IMG/VR virus record: IMGVR_UViG_3300048861_000079
Coordinates: 1 to 64,000 of that record
DNA: 64,000 nucleotides
Direction: 5' to 3' (one strand)
From: a virus
Lineage: Duplodnaviria; Caudoviricetes
Shown: positions 54,748 to 63,970 of the stretch, piece after piece
How positions within the stretch are numbered: position 1 is the stretch's first letter
How the letters are laid out: every line of letters begins with the position of its first letter
The notes under the pieces: model-generated
Seen by the model: the letters and a program-made list of their open reading frames with translations, nothing else
What the model was told of the DNA's origin: nothing
Databases searched by the model: none
Program-made: the position numbers and the translations under genes

Positions 54748-55268
54748 TGCCCAACCATATGCTGACCCTCGATGACAAGGCGAACCAGTTCGAGTTCGTC
54801 TGCCCGATCTTCAATGTCCAGACCAAGATGCGGCTCTGTATGACGCTGCGCGAATTGTTCTGGATGGGCAAGAAGCCTGACGTTCGCAAAGGCTGCCAGG
54901 CGTGCATGCGATCCAGCAAGTGCCCGGCCGCGGCGATCGTGAACAAGATCAGCTATTCCAGCCAGCGCCCGGCGCCCGACGAATACGGCTCAACTCAGCC
55001 TGTCGTCGGCAAGCTGCGCAAGGATATCCTCGAGCGCATCCTTCTCCCGATCGTGCTCGAGCGAACGATGGATGAATTCGGCGTGCCCGAGCCCGAACGC
55101 CAGATGATCCGCACCTCTTCCGACCGCATCGCAAAGATGGTCGGCGCAGCGCCCATCGACGGCGAAGATCGTCCGGCCACTCGTGCGGCGCCTGCAAAGA
55201 AGACCAAGTCCACCGTCAATCGCGCAGCTGCCGCTTCCGGCGACCTGGCTGCAGCTGTCAACGCCTAA
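54747..55268 (+). CDS. Cys-containing hypothetical protein
   Basis: CP...C...CQAC...KCP. Confidence 0.75.
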   Translation: MPNHMLTLDDKANQFEFVCPIFNVQTKMRLCMTLRELFWMGKKPDVRKGCQACMRSSKCPAAAIVNKISYSSQRPAPDEYGSTQPVVGKLRKDILERILLPIVLERTMDEFGVPEPERQMIRTSSDRIAKMVGAAPIDGEDRPATRAAPAKKTKSTVNRAAAASGDLAAAVNA

Positions 55269-55279
55269 AGGAGCGAACT

Positions 55280-56797
55280 ATGAACGCATACGATGTCGCG
55301 CGCCTCATCGAGGATATCGCCGACACCTCATCCCGAACGGAGAAGGAGCGCCTGGTCGGACACTTGGCAGCATCCGATCTCGGTCTCTTCGTCATCAAGT
55401 GGGCCTATGATCCGTTCATCACCTATGGCGTGACGGCAGCCCCGACCGAAAGCGCTGAAGGCCGCTTCGAATTCCGTGCCTCGCTTGTCGAGCCGCTGCT
55501 CAGGAAGCTGGCGTCCCGCGAACTGACCGGCATGGCGGCTGAGCGCGAGATCGGCGAAGTCATGCAGGTGCTCAACAAGGACGGCGCCCGTCTGCTCTTC
55601 CTGATCCTGTCGAAGGATCTGAAGTGCGGCATTGCCGAGTCCACGATCAACTCTGCAGCACCCGGCACGATCCCGACCTTTGCTGTCCAGCGCGCCATCC
55701 CCTATGAGCCGAAGCGCCTCAAGTCCGGCAAGACCTACAAGGCAGAGTTCAAGCTCGATGGCAATCGCAACACCTTCCTGGCGAAGGATGGCAATGGTGG
55801 TTTCTTCACTCGCTCGGGCAAGCGTGTGCCGGCGCTCGACTTTCTGGTGCCGTCAGTCATCAAGGCTGCAGCCTACGCAGCCCAGGCGGGCTCAGATGCG
55901 CTGAAGAAGGTGCTGATCGGCGATCGCCCCGGTAGTATCTCGAGCCTCAACTTCATGCTCGACGGCGAAGCGATGATGGGTCTGTTCGAAGATACCGGCG
56001 CTCTGCGCCGCAAGGATACCGACGCGATCGGCGCCGAGCTCCATCTCTACGACTTCATGGACTTTCACGATTTCGACGCTCCCGGCGCTGTCGGCGATCC
56101 GCTCGCAGCGCGGCGACTTCTGCTCTCCGAGTTCGTTCAGCTCGCCAAGAAGGCTCTCGCGGACACGCCGTCTCCGAACACGATCCAGATCGTTCCGCAG
56201 TTCTTCGTCAACAATGACGACGAGGTCCAGCAGCTCTTCCAGCGCGCCCGCAGCATGACGCTTGCTGCCTACCTGGCCCGCGGTGACGCCGAAAAGGAAG
56301 CGGCCCTGCTCAAGACCACGATCGACAAGGCGACCGGCAAGCCGAAGGTGCTGGAAGGCATCGTCATCAAGGACATGGACGCGCTTTACGAAAAGCGCAA
56401 GTCTGCCGCCTGGATGAAGCTGAAGAACGAGGAGACCAAGGATCTGCGCGTCACTGGCGCCTATCCGGGCGAGCCCCACACCAAGTATGAAAATGCGATG
56501 GGTGGCGCGAACGTCGACCATGAAGGCGTGACCGTCAACGTCGGCGGTGGCTGGTCGGACGCGGAGCGCGAGGCACTCTGGGCGATGTATCAGCGCGATC
56601 TCGCCCGCGTTGCCGGCTACGATAGCGTGGACCTCACGCCGAGCGATTACAAGAGCCTGGGCTGTGAGCTTCTCGGCCGGCTGATCGAGGTCGAATACAT
56701 GGAAGTCACGCCCGACGGCTCGCTCCGCCACCCGCGCTTCGTTCGCTTCCGCGACGACAAGGACGGCGAAGTCGACAACATGGGTCTCGCAGCATGA
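55280..56797 (+). CDS. ATP-dependent DNA ligase
   Basis: EFKLDGNR, LDGE, EGIVIK, WMKLK, LRHPRF. Confidence 0.93.
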   Translation: MNAYDVARLIEDIADTSSRTEKERLVGHLAASDLGLFVIKWAYDPFITYGVTAAPTESAEGRFEFRASLVEPLLRKLASRELTGMAAEREIGEVMQVLNKDGARLLFLILSKDLKCGIAESTINSAAPGTIPTFAVQRAIPYEPKRLKSGKTYKAEFKLDGNRNTFLAKDGNGGFFTRSGKRVPALDFLVPSVIKAAAYAAQAGSDALKKVLIGDRPGSISSLNFMLDGEAMMGLFEDTGALRRKDTDAIGAELHLYDFMDFHDFDAPGAVGDPLAARRLLLSEFVQLAKKALADTPSPNTIQIVPQFFVNNDDEVQQLFQRARSMTLAAYLARGDAEKEAALLKTTIDKATGKPKVLEGIVIKDMDALYEKRKSAAWMKLKNEETKDLRVTGAYPGEPHTKYENAMGGANVDHEGVTVNVGGGWSDAEREALWAMYQRDLARVAGYDSVDLTPSDYKSLGCELLGRLIEVEYMEVTPDGSLRHPRFVRFRDDKDGEVDNMGLAA

Positions 56798-57357
56798 AGT
56801 TCTATATCCCCGAAATTGGAGACCAGATCCGTCTGGTCTCTGACTGGAGTTTTCAGCTCTACAGCGAATACCGCAATCGCAAGCTCTGGGATATGGCGAA
56901 GGCCGACAAGCATCCCGACATTGCGCAGTGGGAAAAGGAGCGCGACTTTCAGCACTCCGAGTTGGAGCGGCTTAAGAGTTACCAGGTCATCAAGCATGTT
57001 CAGGAGCGCAATTGGCGTCATGGCTATGGCTACATGCGCGACTCTGCGAACCCCGAGTTCGTCACTGTCGAGCGCAAGGTTTGGAAGAATCCTGATCACG
57101 AGAAGGAATACGAGGAGATCCGCTCCAATCTTTGGAAGAACAACACCCCGCGCGTGCCGTTCTCCCTGCCCGCAGGCTCGCTCATGTCGGTCGACCGGAT
57201 TTATATCCGCAAGGGCGTCAGCGAATATTCCTCGATCACCTTTTACCTGAAGGAATCGACCTGGAAGCCGTTCGCGGCCAAGAAGAAGGGCGCAATGCGG
57301 TTCTGGGCGAAGCTCGCCGATGTCAACACCATCGAGTTCGAGCATGTCGCGCGCTGA
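56794..57357 (+). CDS. Hypothetical protein
   Basis: Coupled ORF; DRIYIRKG motif. Confidence 0.75.
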   Translation: MKFYIPEIGDQIRLVSDWSFQLYSEYRNRKLWDMAKADKHPDIAQWEKERDFQHSELERLKSYQVIKHVQERNWRHGYGYMRDSANPEFVTVERKVWKNPDHEKEYEEIRSNLWKNNTPRVPFSLPAGSLMSVDRIYIRKGVSEYSSITFYLKESTWKPFAAKKKGAMRFWAKLADVNTIEFEHVAR

Positions 57358-57580
57358 ACTGACCGATGAGGCCGTGGTGAGGGTCAAGAAGGCCCTCATC
57401 GACGCGCAGTCCGACAATCCCCGAGTGCGTCAGGCCGCCATGCTCGAGGTCAAGAAGCTGACCGTTCTCTACGGATCTGACGCGCTTTCCGGAGTGGAAG
57501 ACGTTCTTGCCGAGGAAGCTTACGAGCGCGGACAAGAAGAAGCCTGGGCGATGGGCGGCCCTGGTGTCGTCTGGGACTAG
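57344..57580 (+). CDS. Small hypothetical protein
   Basis: ATG 57344 overlapping the previous gene. Confidence 0.6.
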   Translation: MSRAELTDEAVVRVKKALIDAQSDNPRVRQAAMLEVKKLTVLYGSDALSGVEDVLAEEAYERGQEEAWAMGGPGVVWD

Positions 57581-58674
57581 CGCCGCATTCGTTGGATCTC
57601 CCCGTCGAGCGTCACACGGCCCTCCTTGATTAAGCGGCACATGACGCGATAGTATCCGCCGAAGTTCTTGATACTTTCAGATCCACTTGGCGTCCCGGCC
57701 TGCATCTGAAGGACAAGAACGAGGGTCGCTGCCGCTGGTAGCGGCCCAATTTCACGTCTGGCCTCCTCCCAGGCCGACGACGAAACCCCGAGCTGACCGC
57801 GCCACCGCGCTGCCACGCTGATCAGCTCCATATCCGAGCGAATTTCACCCAGGAATTCCATCGCATCAGGGCAGGCGGCAATCAGGTCGCGCAGATTGGC
57901 CCTCGGCTTCGCCTCCTCAACATTCTCATTGCCGTTGTTACAAGGATTCTCAGGGGCATATTTGTTGTTGTCTTTGTGACGGTCGTTATTGCCGCCAGAG
58001 GCGGAATAATATCTTGCCTCAGCCTCGATCCTGAGCTGCTCCCAGGCGTTCAGCGGGCCGTCCGTCGATCCCTTTGACGACCGGCGCGGCGTGACTCTCA
58101 CGAGCTCGACAGCGCGGGCTACGAGATCGCGGGTGTCTACTTCCGGAAACTGCTCTGCAAGCGTCCTGAGCGCTTCCTGGGCCGATCTGCGCGCGATCGT
58201 CATTGCATCGTGGGCAGCCAGGCGCAACCGCTCCTGTTCTTTCTGCTCGGTGACGATATCCGTAAACTCAGACAGCCGGTTGAGGAGAGGGGAGAGATCG
58301 AAGCCATAAGCCTCGACGACCACGCCCGCGGCATTCTGGCGGGAATACCTTTTGCCATTCGGACTGTCGTGGGCCGCAATGACGCCGAGCTCGAGGAGCC
58401 GCGCCAGTGCAAACCGGATCGTCCGCTCCGATATTTGGGTGCGCTCCTCGAGGAAACGGTTGGACGGCCAGACCATCATTCGGCCGGCGATCAGCTTGCC
58501 GCCATAGACGCCGACCAGGTGCTCCAGCACATAGCGGCAGGCGGTGGGAAGGCGTAACGCTCGCATGGCGAGCCTGGACGCCTCGAACAGGTCATTCTTG
58601 TCGCTGGTATACGGCTCAGCCGCCCGTGGAATCACAGGCTTGAGCGCGCGCCAGCCGGACGACTGCGCAGACAT
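57577..58674 (-). CDS. repC: RepC-type plasmid replication initiator
   Basis: VWPSN..L, DSPNGKRY, AYGFDLSPLL motifs; start 58674 (or 58713). Confidence 0.9.
   Translation of the reverse strand: MSAQSSGWRALKPVIPRAAEPYTSDKNDLFEASRLAMRALRLPTACRYVLEHLVGVYGGKLIAGRMMVWPSNRFLEERTQISERTIRFALARLLELGVIAAHDSPNGKRYSRQNAAGVVVEAYGFDLSPLLNRLSEFTDIVTEQKEQERLRLAAHDAMTIARRSAQEALRTLAEQFPEVDTRDLVARAVELVRVTPRRSSKGSTDGPLNAWEQLRIEAEARYYSASGGNNDRHKDNNKYAPENPCNNGNENVEEAKPRANLRDLIAACPDAMEFLGEIRSDMELISVAARWRGQLGVSSSAWEEARREIGPLPAAATLVLVLQMQAGTPSGSESIKNFGGYYRVMCRLIKEGRVTLDGEIQRMRR
57935..58020. other. Candidate oriV within repC
   Basis: AT-richer mid-gene segment with a GANTC site; repC-type origins are known to lie inside repC. 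Confidence 0.4.
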
Positions 58675-58726
58675 GGTATCCCTCTTGTCCGAGGGCAAAG
58701 CTTCGCCATTCACCTCAAGAGAAGTG

Positions 58727-58755
58727 TTGACAAATCAGCGCTGATTCGGGATAAC
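58727..58755 (+). promoter_or_regulatory. ctRNA promoter TTGACA-17-GATAAC with GANTC site
   Basis: Antisense to the repC leader. Confidence 0.75.
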
Positions 58756-58761
58756 CATCTT

Positions 58762-58830
58762 GCAACGAGGCGATCCGAAGTCGCTGAGATTTACAAAGGC
58801 TCCTGATTTGGCGATCAGGGGCCTTTTGCT
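58762..58830 (+). ncRNA. Counter-transcribed replication-control RNA (ctRNA)
   Basis: Follows the promoter; ends in hairpin AAAGGCTCCTGAT/ATCAGGGGCCTTT plus T-run; position matches repABC ctRNAs. Confidence 0.75.
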
Positions 58831-58839
58831 TTGCCGCGT

Positions 58840-59037
58840 TTAGTTTCCTTCAAATACTGCGACCGCGTGCGCGATCAGATCCGAACGGTTCTTGTATTTC
58901 CCGGTTGAAACCAGGGCATCGAGCTTTTCTTGCAATATCCGGTCGAGCCAAACCGTCACCTGGCTCTCACCGGCGGCCTCGCGCTTCTTCCGATAGGTAG
59001 CTGCGCGACGTGCATTTCCGTTTTCTTCAACATTCAT
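58840..59037 (-). CDS. CopG-like ribbon-helix-helix protein upstream of repC
   Basis: QVTVWL...LDALV..GKY.NRSDLI..A. Confidence 0.7.
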   Translation of the reverse strand: MNVEENGNARRAATYRKKREAAGESQVTVWLDRILQEKLDALVSTGKYKNRSDLIAHAVAVFEGN

Positions 59038-59423
59038 GGGCTAGAGACTCACTCCGAACCAAATCACGTTACCAGTGATGGCACGATTCGGCTTACGGTT
59101 AAACCCTCACTCAAATCTTAACGCTAAAGTTACACTGGTTAACAAATTCCCGCAGAAGTCGCATAAGCTCGATTATGGAACAATCGGAGTCTAATGTAGC
59201 CATTACGGATGATAGCGTGTAGCCCTTTAGGAGCACGCGTTTCAATCTGAGGCACTCCTGAAAATAATAATATATACAAACTGTTGCGTTCGCAAAAATA
59301 AGTATGTGTTGACTTATTTTTTAAGCGGGGTTACGAGTCGCCTCGCTCAATCCCAAGAAAGACGCGCTATAAAGCAAACAACTGCTTAAAACAAAATATG
59401 CGAGCTAATCGAAGGGGCGTAAC

Positions 59424-59885
59424 ATGCATATGGAAACAAACGAAGACAGAAGGTTCACAGTGGCACCTGCAGACACCAAATCCAAGAAACTTGGTCGCAA
59501 GAATGTGACTGAACTGTCGCGGCTGGCTATCCTGCTGGAGAAGCACACTGCAAGCAGCGGGAAAACACAGCGTCAGATAGCCGACGCAGTCGGTTTCAAT
59601 AACCAGAACATGATCACCATGATCAAACAAGGTGATGCGAAGTTGCCGCTCGATCGCGTTCCGGCTATGGCCCACGTGCTCGGCGTTGATCCGCTGATGC
59701 TGTTCAACATGGCAATTGAGCAGTTCTACACACCAGACGCGGTTAAAGCTCTTCAGGACATTATTCCACCAGCACTGTCGGTCGCCGAGCGGGCGCTGAT
59801 AGACGTGGTGCGTGAAGCCGGCAAGAAGGGCAAGCAACTGACTGCCGAACGTATCGACAAAATCCGCGAGCTCCTCGAGGGCTAG
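59424..59885 (+). CDS. XRE-family HTH regulator (candidate repressor)
   Basis: TQRQIADAVGF.NQNMITMIKQG..KLP..RVP. Confidence 0.85.
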   Translation: MHMETNEDRRFTVAPADTKSKKLGRKNVTELSRLAILLEKHTASSGKTQRQIADAVGFNNQNMITMIKQGDAKLPLDRVPAMAHVLGVDPLMLFNMAIEQFYTPDAVKALQDIIPPALSVAERALIDVVREAGKKGKQLTAERIDKIRELLEG

Positions 59886-59921
59886 GAGCTCGCTCACGAA
59901 TTACGCCTCGGCGTTTTGGAT

Positions 59922-59952
59922 CCCGCTATATGACGTGGCGGGGTTTATTTTT
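59922..59952 (+). terminator. Terminator-like hairpin
   Basis: CCCGCTA...TGGCGGG then GTTTATTTTT. Confidence 0.5.
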
Positions 59953-59998
59953 GTCCAGCGACTTAAATAAGCGCTTACTCAACAGGGAAAGAAATACA

Positions 59999-60211
59999 AT
60001 GACCGGCAGCAACAATTCTCTCCGCAATATCATGGTATCGTTTGAAGCAGCCTACGAGGCAGCGGCTCTCCTTGAAGACAAGCAGGTTCTCGAGCTGGAA
60101 GGCGTGACTGTCTATTCTGGCAAGCACCCGGAACACGGCAATGTCCACATTACGATCCCGGCGATCGGCGACGGGTTGTTGCTTCTCCCTTTTGCTCTCC
60201 ACGCATTTTAA
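59999..60211 (+). CDS. Small hypothetical protein
   Basis: ATG 59999, AGGGA SD. Confidence 0.65.
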   Translation: MTGSNNSLRNIMVSFEAAYEAAALLEDKQVLELEGVTVYSGKHPEHGNVHITIPAIGDGLLLLPFALHAF

Positions 60212-60254
60212 GCTTAAAAATAAATAAATAGATACTTATGTCAGGAGAGAGTGA

Positions 60255-62582
60255 ATGAACCGCGACATTATCGAGCTGCGTGAAGTCGTCCAGAAGCTCG
60301 TGCCGCTCCTTGCCGGCAAGGGCTTGGTCGTAACGCAGCGCGGCAGCCAGGCTTATGTCTCCACCAATCCGAAGACGCGCAAGCCGGAGCGGGTCAACAT
60401 TCCGAACATCTCCGACAACGCCACTCAGGAGTTCATCGAGGCAATCCAGGGCTTTATCGACCATGAGGTCGGTCACGTCCTGCACACCGATTGGGACTAT
60501 TACGGTCGCGCACCAAGCGCGGCCGAACTGCGCAAGACCTCGGTCCAGCAGTTTCTCAACACCCACAACATTGTGGAAGACGTGATGATTGAGCGGGAAA
60601 TGGGCAAGACGTTCCCCGGCTCCAAGAAGAACATCTCGCGGACGCGCAAATACTTCCTCGCCAAGATCACCGATCCGGCTGTCAAGGCGGCTGCGGATGA
60701 GCGTGAAGCCTTCATCTACCTCTGCGTTCCGACCATGCGCGCGCTCGGCGGGCATGAAGAGATGCAGGAATACATGGACGCAGGCGGCTACTGGTCGAAC
60801 AAGTATGTCAAGGAAGTGGTCGACAAGCTGAAGCCCGAGACCATCGAGCTTCTCAAGACCTGCTCGCACACCAAGGAAACCTTGGCGATCGCTGAAGAGC
60901 TGCACCTGATCCTCTATCCGCCTCCGCCGCCCGCGCCGATGCCGATGACGCCGCCACCGACGCATGTGCCTGATGAGGACGAAGAGGAAGATACGCCTCC
61001 GCCGTCGAAGTCGTCCAGCTCGACGCCGTCCAAGCCCAAGGATCCTGAACCCGAAGAGGATGAAGACGATGAGCCGACTACGGCGGGTAGCGACCCGAGC
61101 GCAGGTGACGGAGAAGAGAACGAAGACGAAGATGTTCCTGGCGCGCCTTCCACCATCGAGCCGGAGGCAGATGCAGACGGCGACGATGATGAGGAGATTC
61201 CCGATACCGCCGGCGAGGACGATGGTGACGACACTGATGCCGATGATGGCGGTGCCGACGGCGCTGGTGATGATGACGATGAACCTGCAGGTGCAGGCGA
61301 GGAAGACGAAGATATTCCGGACGATGACGGTGGTTTTGAAAGCACCGCTTCCTCAGGCATCGTTTCGCATGGTCTGGATGACGACCGTGAGGACGAAGAT
61401 GATGACGCCGCTGGTAGTGGTGGCGACGGAGCCGATGAGTCTGGCGACGATGACGATGGAGAGGAAGGACCGACGGGTAAGTCGGGTTTCCGCACCGAAG
61501 GTGCTGAAGGTGGTGGCGTAGGCTCGGTCGATACCGAGCGCAACGAGAACCCTGGCGGTGGCGGCGGTGGTGTTGGCAACGAAGCCGGAAAGCCGATCTT
61601 CGATTTCGAGGAGGATGCATTCGACAAGGCCGACATGTCGAGCCAGATCGGCATTCTGATCTCGGACGAAGCCGTCATGGCGATGGATCCGGGCCAGTAT
61701 CTCGTCTTCAGCCGCGAGATGGACCGCATCGAGCCGATCGAGCCGCCGGAGCGCATGAATGAGCAGTGGGTGCCGGAAATGGAGAACCGGGTCCGTCAGA
61801 TGACGGCGAAGATGCGCAAGGACATCGAGCGTATCATGGCGTCGGATAGCTATGTGATCCGCACGCCTGGTCACAAGCGCGGCAAGCTGCACTCCCCTTC
61901 CCTGTTCCGCGTTCTCCAGGGCGATCCGCGTGTCTTCTCGGTTCGCGAGGAGCACAAGTCCAAGGACACGGCCGTCATGCTGCTCGCCGACAACTCCGGC
62001 TCCATGCATGGTGAAAAGTGCGAGCTTGCCATGATCGCGAGTTACGCGCTCGCAGCCACCTTGGAAGCGGTCAAGATCCCGTATGAAGTGCTCGGCTTCA
62101 CCTCCGGCGACTTCTACGATCTGCCGATCTCCATGCGCGAAGCGATCGAGAAGGATATCGCCGCATCCGAGATCCAGTATGATCGTGTCGAGCCGATCAT
62201 GATTCCGATCTATAAGTCGTTCGCCGAGCGGCTGGATGCGACGGTCAAGAAGCGGTTTGCCTATGTGATGAACGCCCAGAACGGTCTGCAGGGCAACATC
62301 GACGGCGAATCCCTCGAGTATGCGGCAGAGCGCCTGCTGAAGCGTCAGGAAAAGCGCAAGGTGATGATGGTGCTGTCCGATGGGCAGCCGGCCGGCTCGC
62401 ACAAGAGCGGCCCTCACCTGTCCTACGTGACGCGCCAGCTCGAAAAGATGGGCATCGAATGCATTGGTATCGGCATCCTCGATAGCTCGGTGAAGAAGTA
62501 TTATCCGAAGTGGACGGTCCTCAAGGACGTCAACGACCTGCCGAACCAGGTCATGAAGGAGATCCAGGCGATCCTGCGTTGA
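60255..62582 (+). CDS. CobT-like VWA protein with long acidic linker
   Basis: HEVGH metallopeptidase-like motif; DNSGSM MIDAS; GNIDGE; LSDGQP. Confidence 0.88.
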   Translation: MNRDIIELREVVQKLVPLLAGKGLVVTQRGSQAYVSTNPKTRKPERVNIPNISDNATQEFIEAIQGFIDHEVGHVLHTDWDYYGRAPSAAELRKTSVQQFLNTHNIVEDVMIEREMGKTFPGSKKNISRTRKYFLAKITDPAVKAAADEREAFIYLCVPTMRALGGHEEMQEYMDAGGYWSNKYVKEVVDKLKPETIELLKTCSHTKETLAIAEELHLILYPPPPPAPMPMTPPPTHVPDEDEEEDTPPPSKSSSSTPSKPKDPEPEEDEDDEPTTAGSDPSAGDGEENEDEDVPGAPSTIEPEADADGDDDEEIPDTAGEDDGDDTDADDGGADGAGDDDDEPAGAGEEDEDIPDDDGGFESTASSGIVSHGLDDDREDEDDDAAGSGGDGADESGDDDDGEEGPTGKSGFRTEGAEGGGVGSVDTERNENPGGGGGGVGNEAGKPIFDFEEDAFDKADMSSQIGILISDEAVMAMDPGQYLVFSREMDRIEPIEPPERMNEQWVPEMENRVRQMTAKMRKDIERIMASDSYVIRTPGHKRGKLHSPSLFRVLQGDPRVFSVREEHKSKDTAVMLLADNSGSMHGEKCELAMIASYALAATLEAVKIPYEVLGFTSGDFYDLPISMREAIEKDIAASEIQYDRVEPIMIPIYKSFAERLDATVKKRFAYVMNAQNGLQGNIDGESLEYAAERLLKRQEKRKVMMVLSDGQPAGSHKSGPHLSYVTRQLEKMGIECIGIGILDSSVKKYYPKWTVLKDVNDLPNQVMKEIQAILR

Positions 62583-62602
62583 ATCGCCTGATTTTATCCC
62601 CG

Positions 62603-62671
62603 AAAATAAGTAAACACCTACTTATTTTCCATCTTGCGTCCCAAGTGAGAAGTAAGTAAACACGTATTTAT
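62603..62671. promoter_or_regulatory. Two operator variants (62603-62628, 62652-62671)
   Basis: AAAATAAGTAAACACCTACTTATTTT; GTAAGTAAACACGTATTTAT. Confidence 0.65.
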
Positions 62672-62710
62672 AGCGCAACGCGAAAGCGCTTAAAGATCAG
62701 AGGGAATTCA

Positions 62711-63970
62711 ATGAGCGAAGCAGCTGAAATGGCCGTCGCATCCGCGACGGACAACAGGATCGTCTGTCAGATCGACAATGTTCGCGTCCACTTCATCCAG
62801 ACGCACATCACCAAAAACCATCCCGACTGGACCATCGAGCGCTATCAGGCAGAGTTTCCTGGCGCGCCGCTGATGTCCGAGCACGGCAAGTTCCTCTACG
62901 AGCGCGAGAAGGCAAGGAAAGCGGCTGCCGCAAAGACGGCCGAGGCTTCCACGCCCGCGCTTCCGGTTACGACCGCAGCAGCGTCGGCTCCGGCTGTCAC
63001 CGCAGGCTATATCGGCGGCACGAAGTTCACGACCCGCAAGGTTCCGATGTTCGAGCTGTTCGAGCTCGGCGTCACGCCGCCGCCTGCAGCGCTCAACAAG
63101 AAGGGCGCACCGATCGCAGTCGACGTGTTCTCCGGTCACGACGCCGAAAGCCTCAACTACGTGCCCGAGATCGATGACCGCTATGTGTGGAATATCGACC
63201 TTCTGAAGAAGGTCATCACCGGCCTGGCGCTCAACAAGAACGTCCTGCTCTGGGGCTATCACGGCACCGGCAAGACGTCGGTCATCAAGCAGATTTGCGC
63301 ACGCACCAAGCGTCCGTTCATCCGCAAGCAGCACACCATCAACATGCAGGAGTCCGATGTCCTGGGACAGTGGACGGTCAAGGATGGCAACACTGTCTTT
63401 CAGCTTGGTCCGCTGGCGATGGCGATGATCCACGGCTGGGTCTATTGCGCCGACGAATACGACTTCGCAATGCCGTCGGTGCTGGCAGTCTATCAGCCGG
63501 TCATGGAAGGCGAGTCGCTGATGATCGCCGACGCGCCGCCCGAGTTCCGCAAGATCACGCCGCATCCGGACTTCCGCTTCGTCGCAACCGGCAACACCAA
63601 CGGCACCGGCGATGAAAGCGGTCTTTACCAGGGCACGATGATCCAGAACTCGGCCAACTATTCGCGCTTCGGCATCACCGTCGAGGTCGAATATATGGAC
63701 GCTGCGATCGAGGAGCAGATCCTCATCAGCCAGACGAAGGTCGACAAGATCTCCGCCGGCAAGATCGTCAAGCTCGCCAACAAGATCCGCGACATGTTCA
63801 AGGAAGGCAAGATCTCCACGACGATCTCGCCGCGTGAAATGATCACGGCCTGCCAGCTCGGCATCGCTTACGGCGCCGAATGGAAGCTCGGCATGGAGCT
63901 CGCTTTCTCGAACCGTCTGTCGCGCGTCGATAAGAAGGTGTTGGAAGAATACATGGGACGGGCATTCTGA
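62711..63970 (+). CDS. CobS-like MoxR AAA+ ATPase with N-terminal Zn-finger-like segment
   Basis: GYHGTGKT, ADEYD, ATGNT.G.GD..G.YQGT. Confidence 0.9.
   Translation: MSEAAEMAVASATDNRIVCQIDNVRVHFIQTHITKNHPDWTIERYQAEFPGAPLMSEHGKFLYEREKARKAAAAKTAEASTPALPVTTAAASAPAVTAGYIGGTKFTTRKVPMFELFELGVTPPPAALNKKGAPIAVDVFSGHDAESLNYVPEIDDRYVWNIDLLKKVITGLALNKNVLLWGYHGTGKTSVIKQICARTKRPFIRKQHTINMQESDVLGQWTVKDGNTVFQLGPLAMAMIHGWVYCADEYDFAMPSVLAVYQPVMEGESLMIADAPPEFRKITPHPDFRFVATGNTNGTGDESGLYQGTMIQNSANYSRFGITVEVEYMDAAIEEQILISQTKVDKISAGKIVKLANKIRDMFKEGKISTTISPREMITACQLGIAYGAEWKLGMELAFSNRLSRVDKKVLEEYMGRAF

Noticed and set aside
59294-59321. AAAAATAAGT-N8-ACTTATTTTT as a full operator copy
   Set aside because: Only the AAGT/ACTT core matches and the spacing differs; it may be a separate autoregulatory site for the XRE gene but is not supported enough to list.
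13-62671. Repeated palindromes or 8-bp repeats as a CRISPR array
   Set aside because: Copies are dispersed singly at promoters, not regularly spaced with unique spacers; no cas genes.
60255-63970. Cobalamin biosynthesis (cobS/cobT)
   Set aside because: No cobN or other cob genes; this is the phage MoxR/VWA pair.
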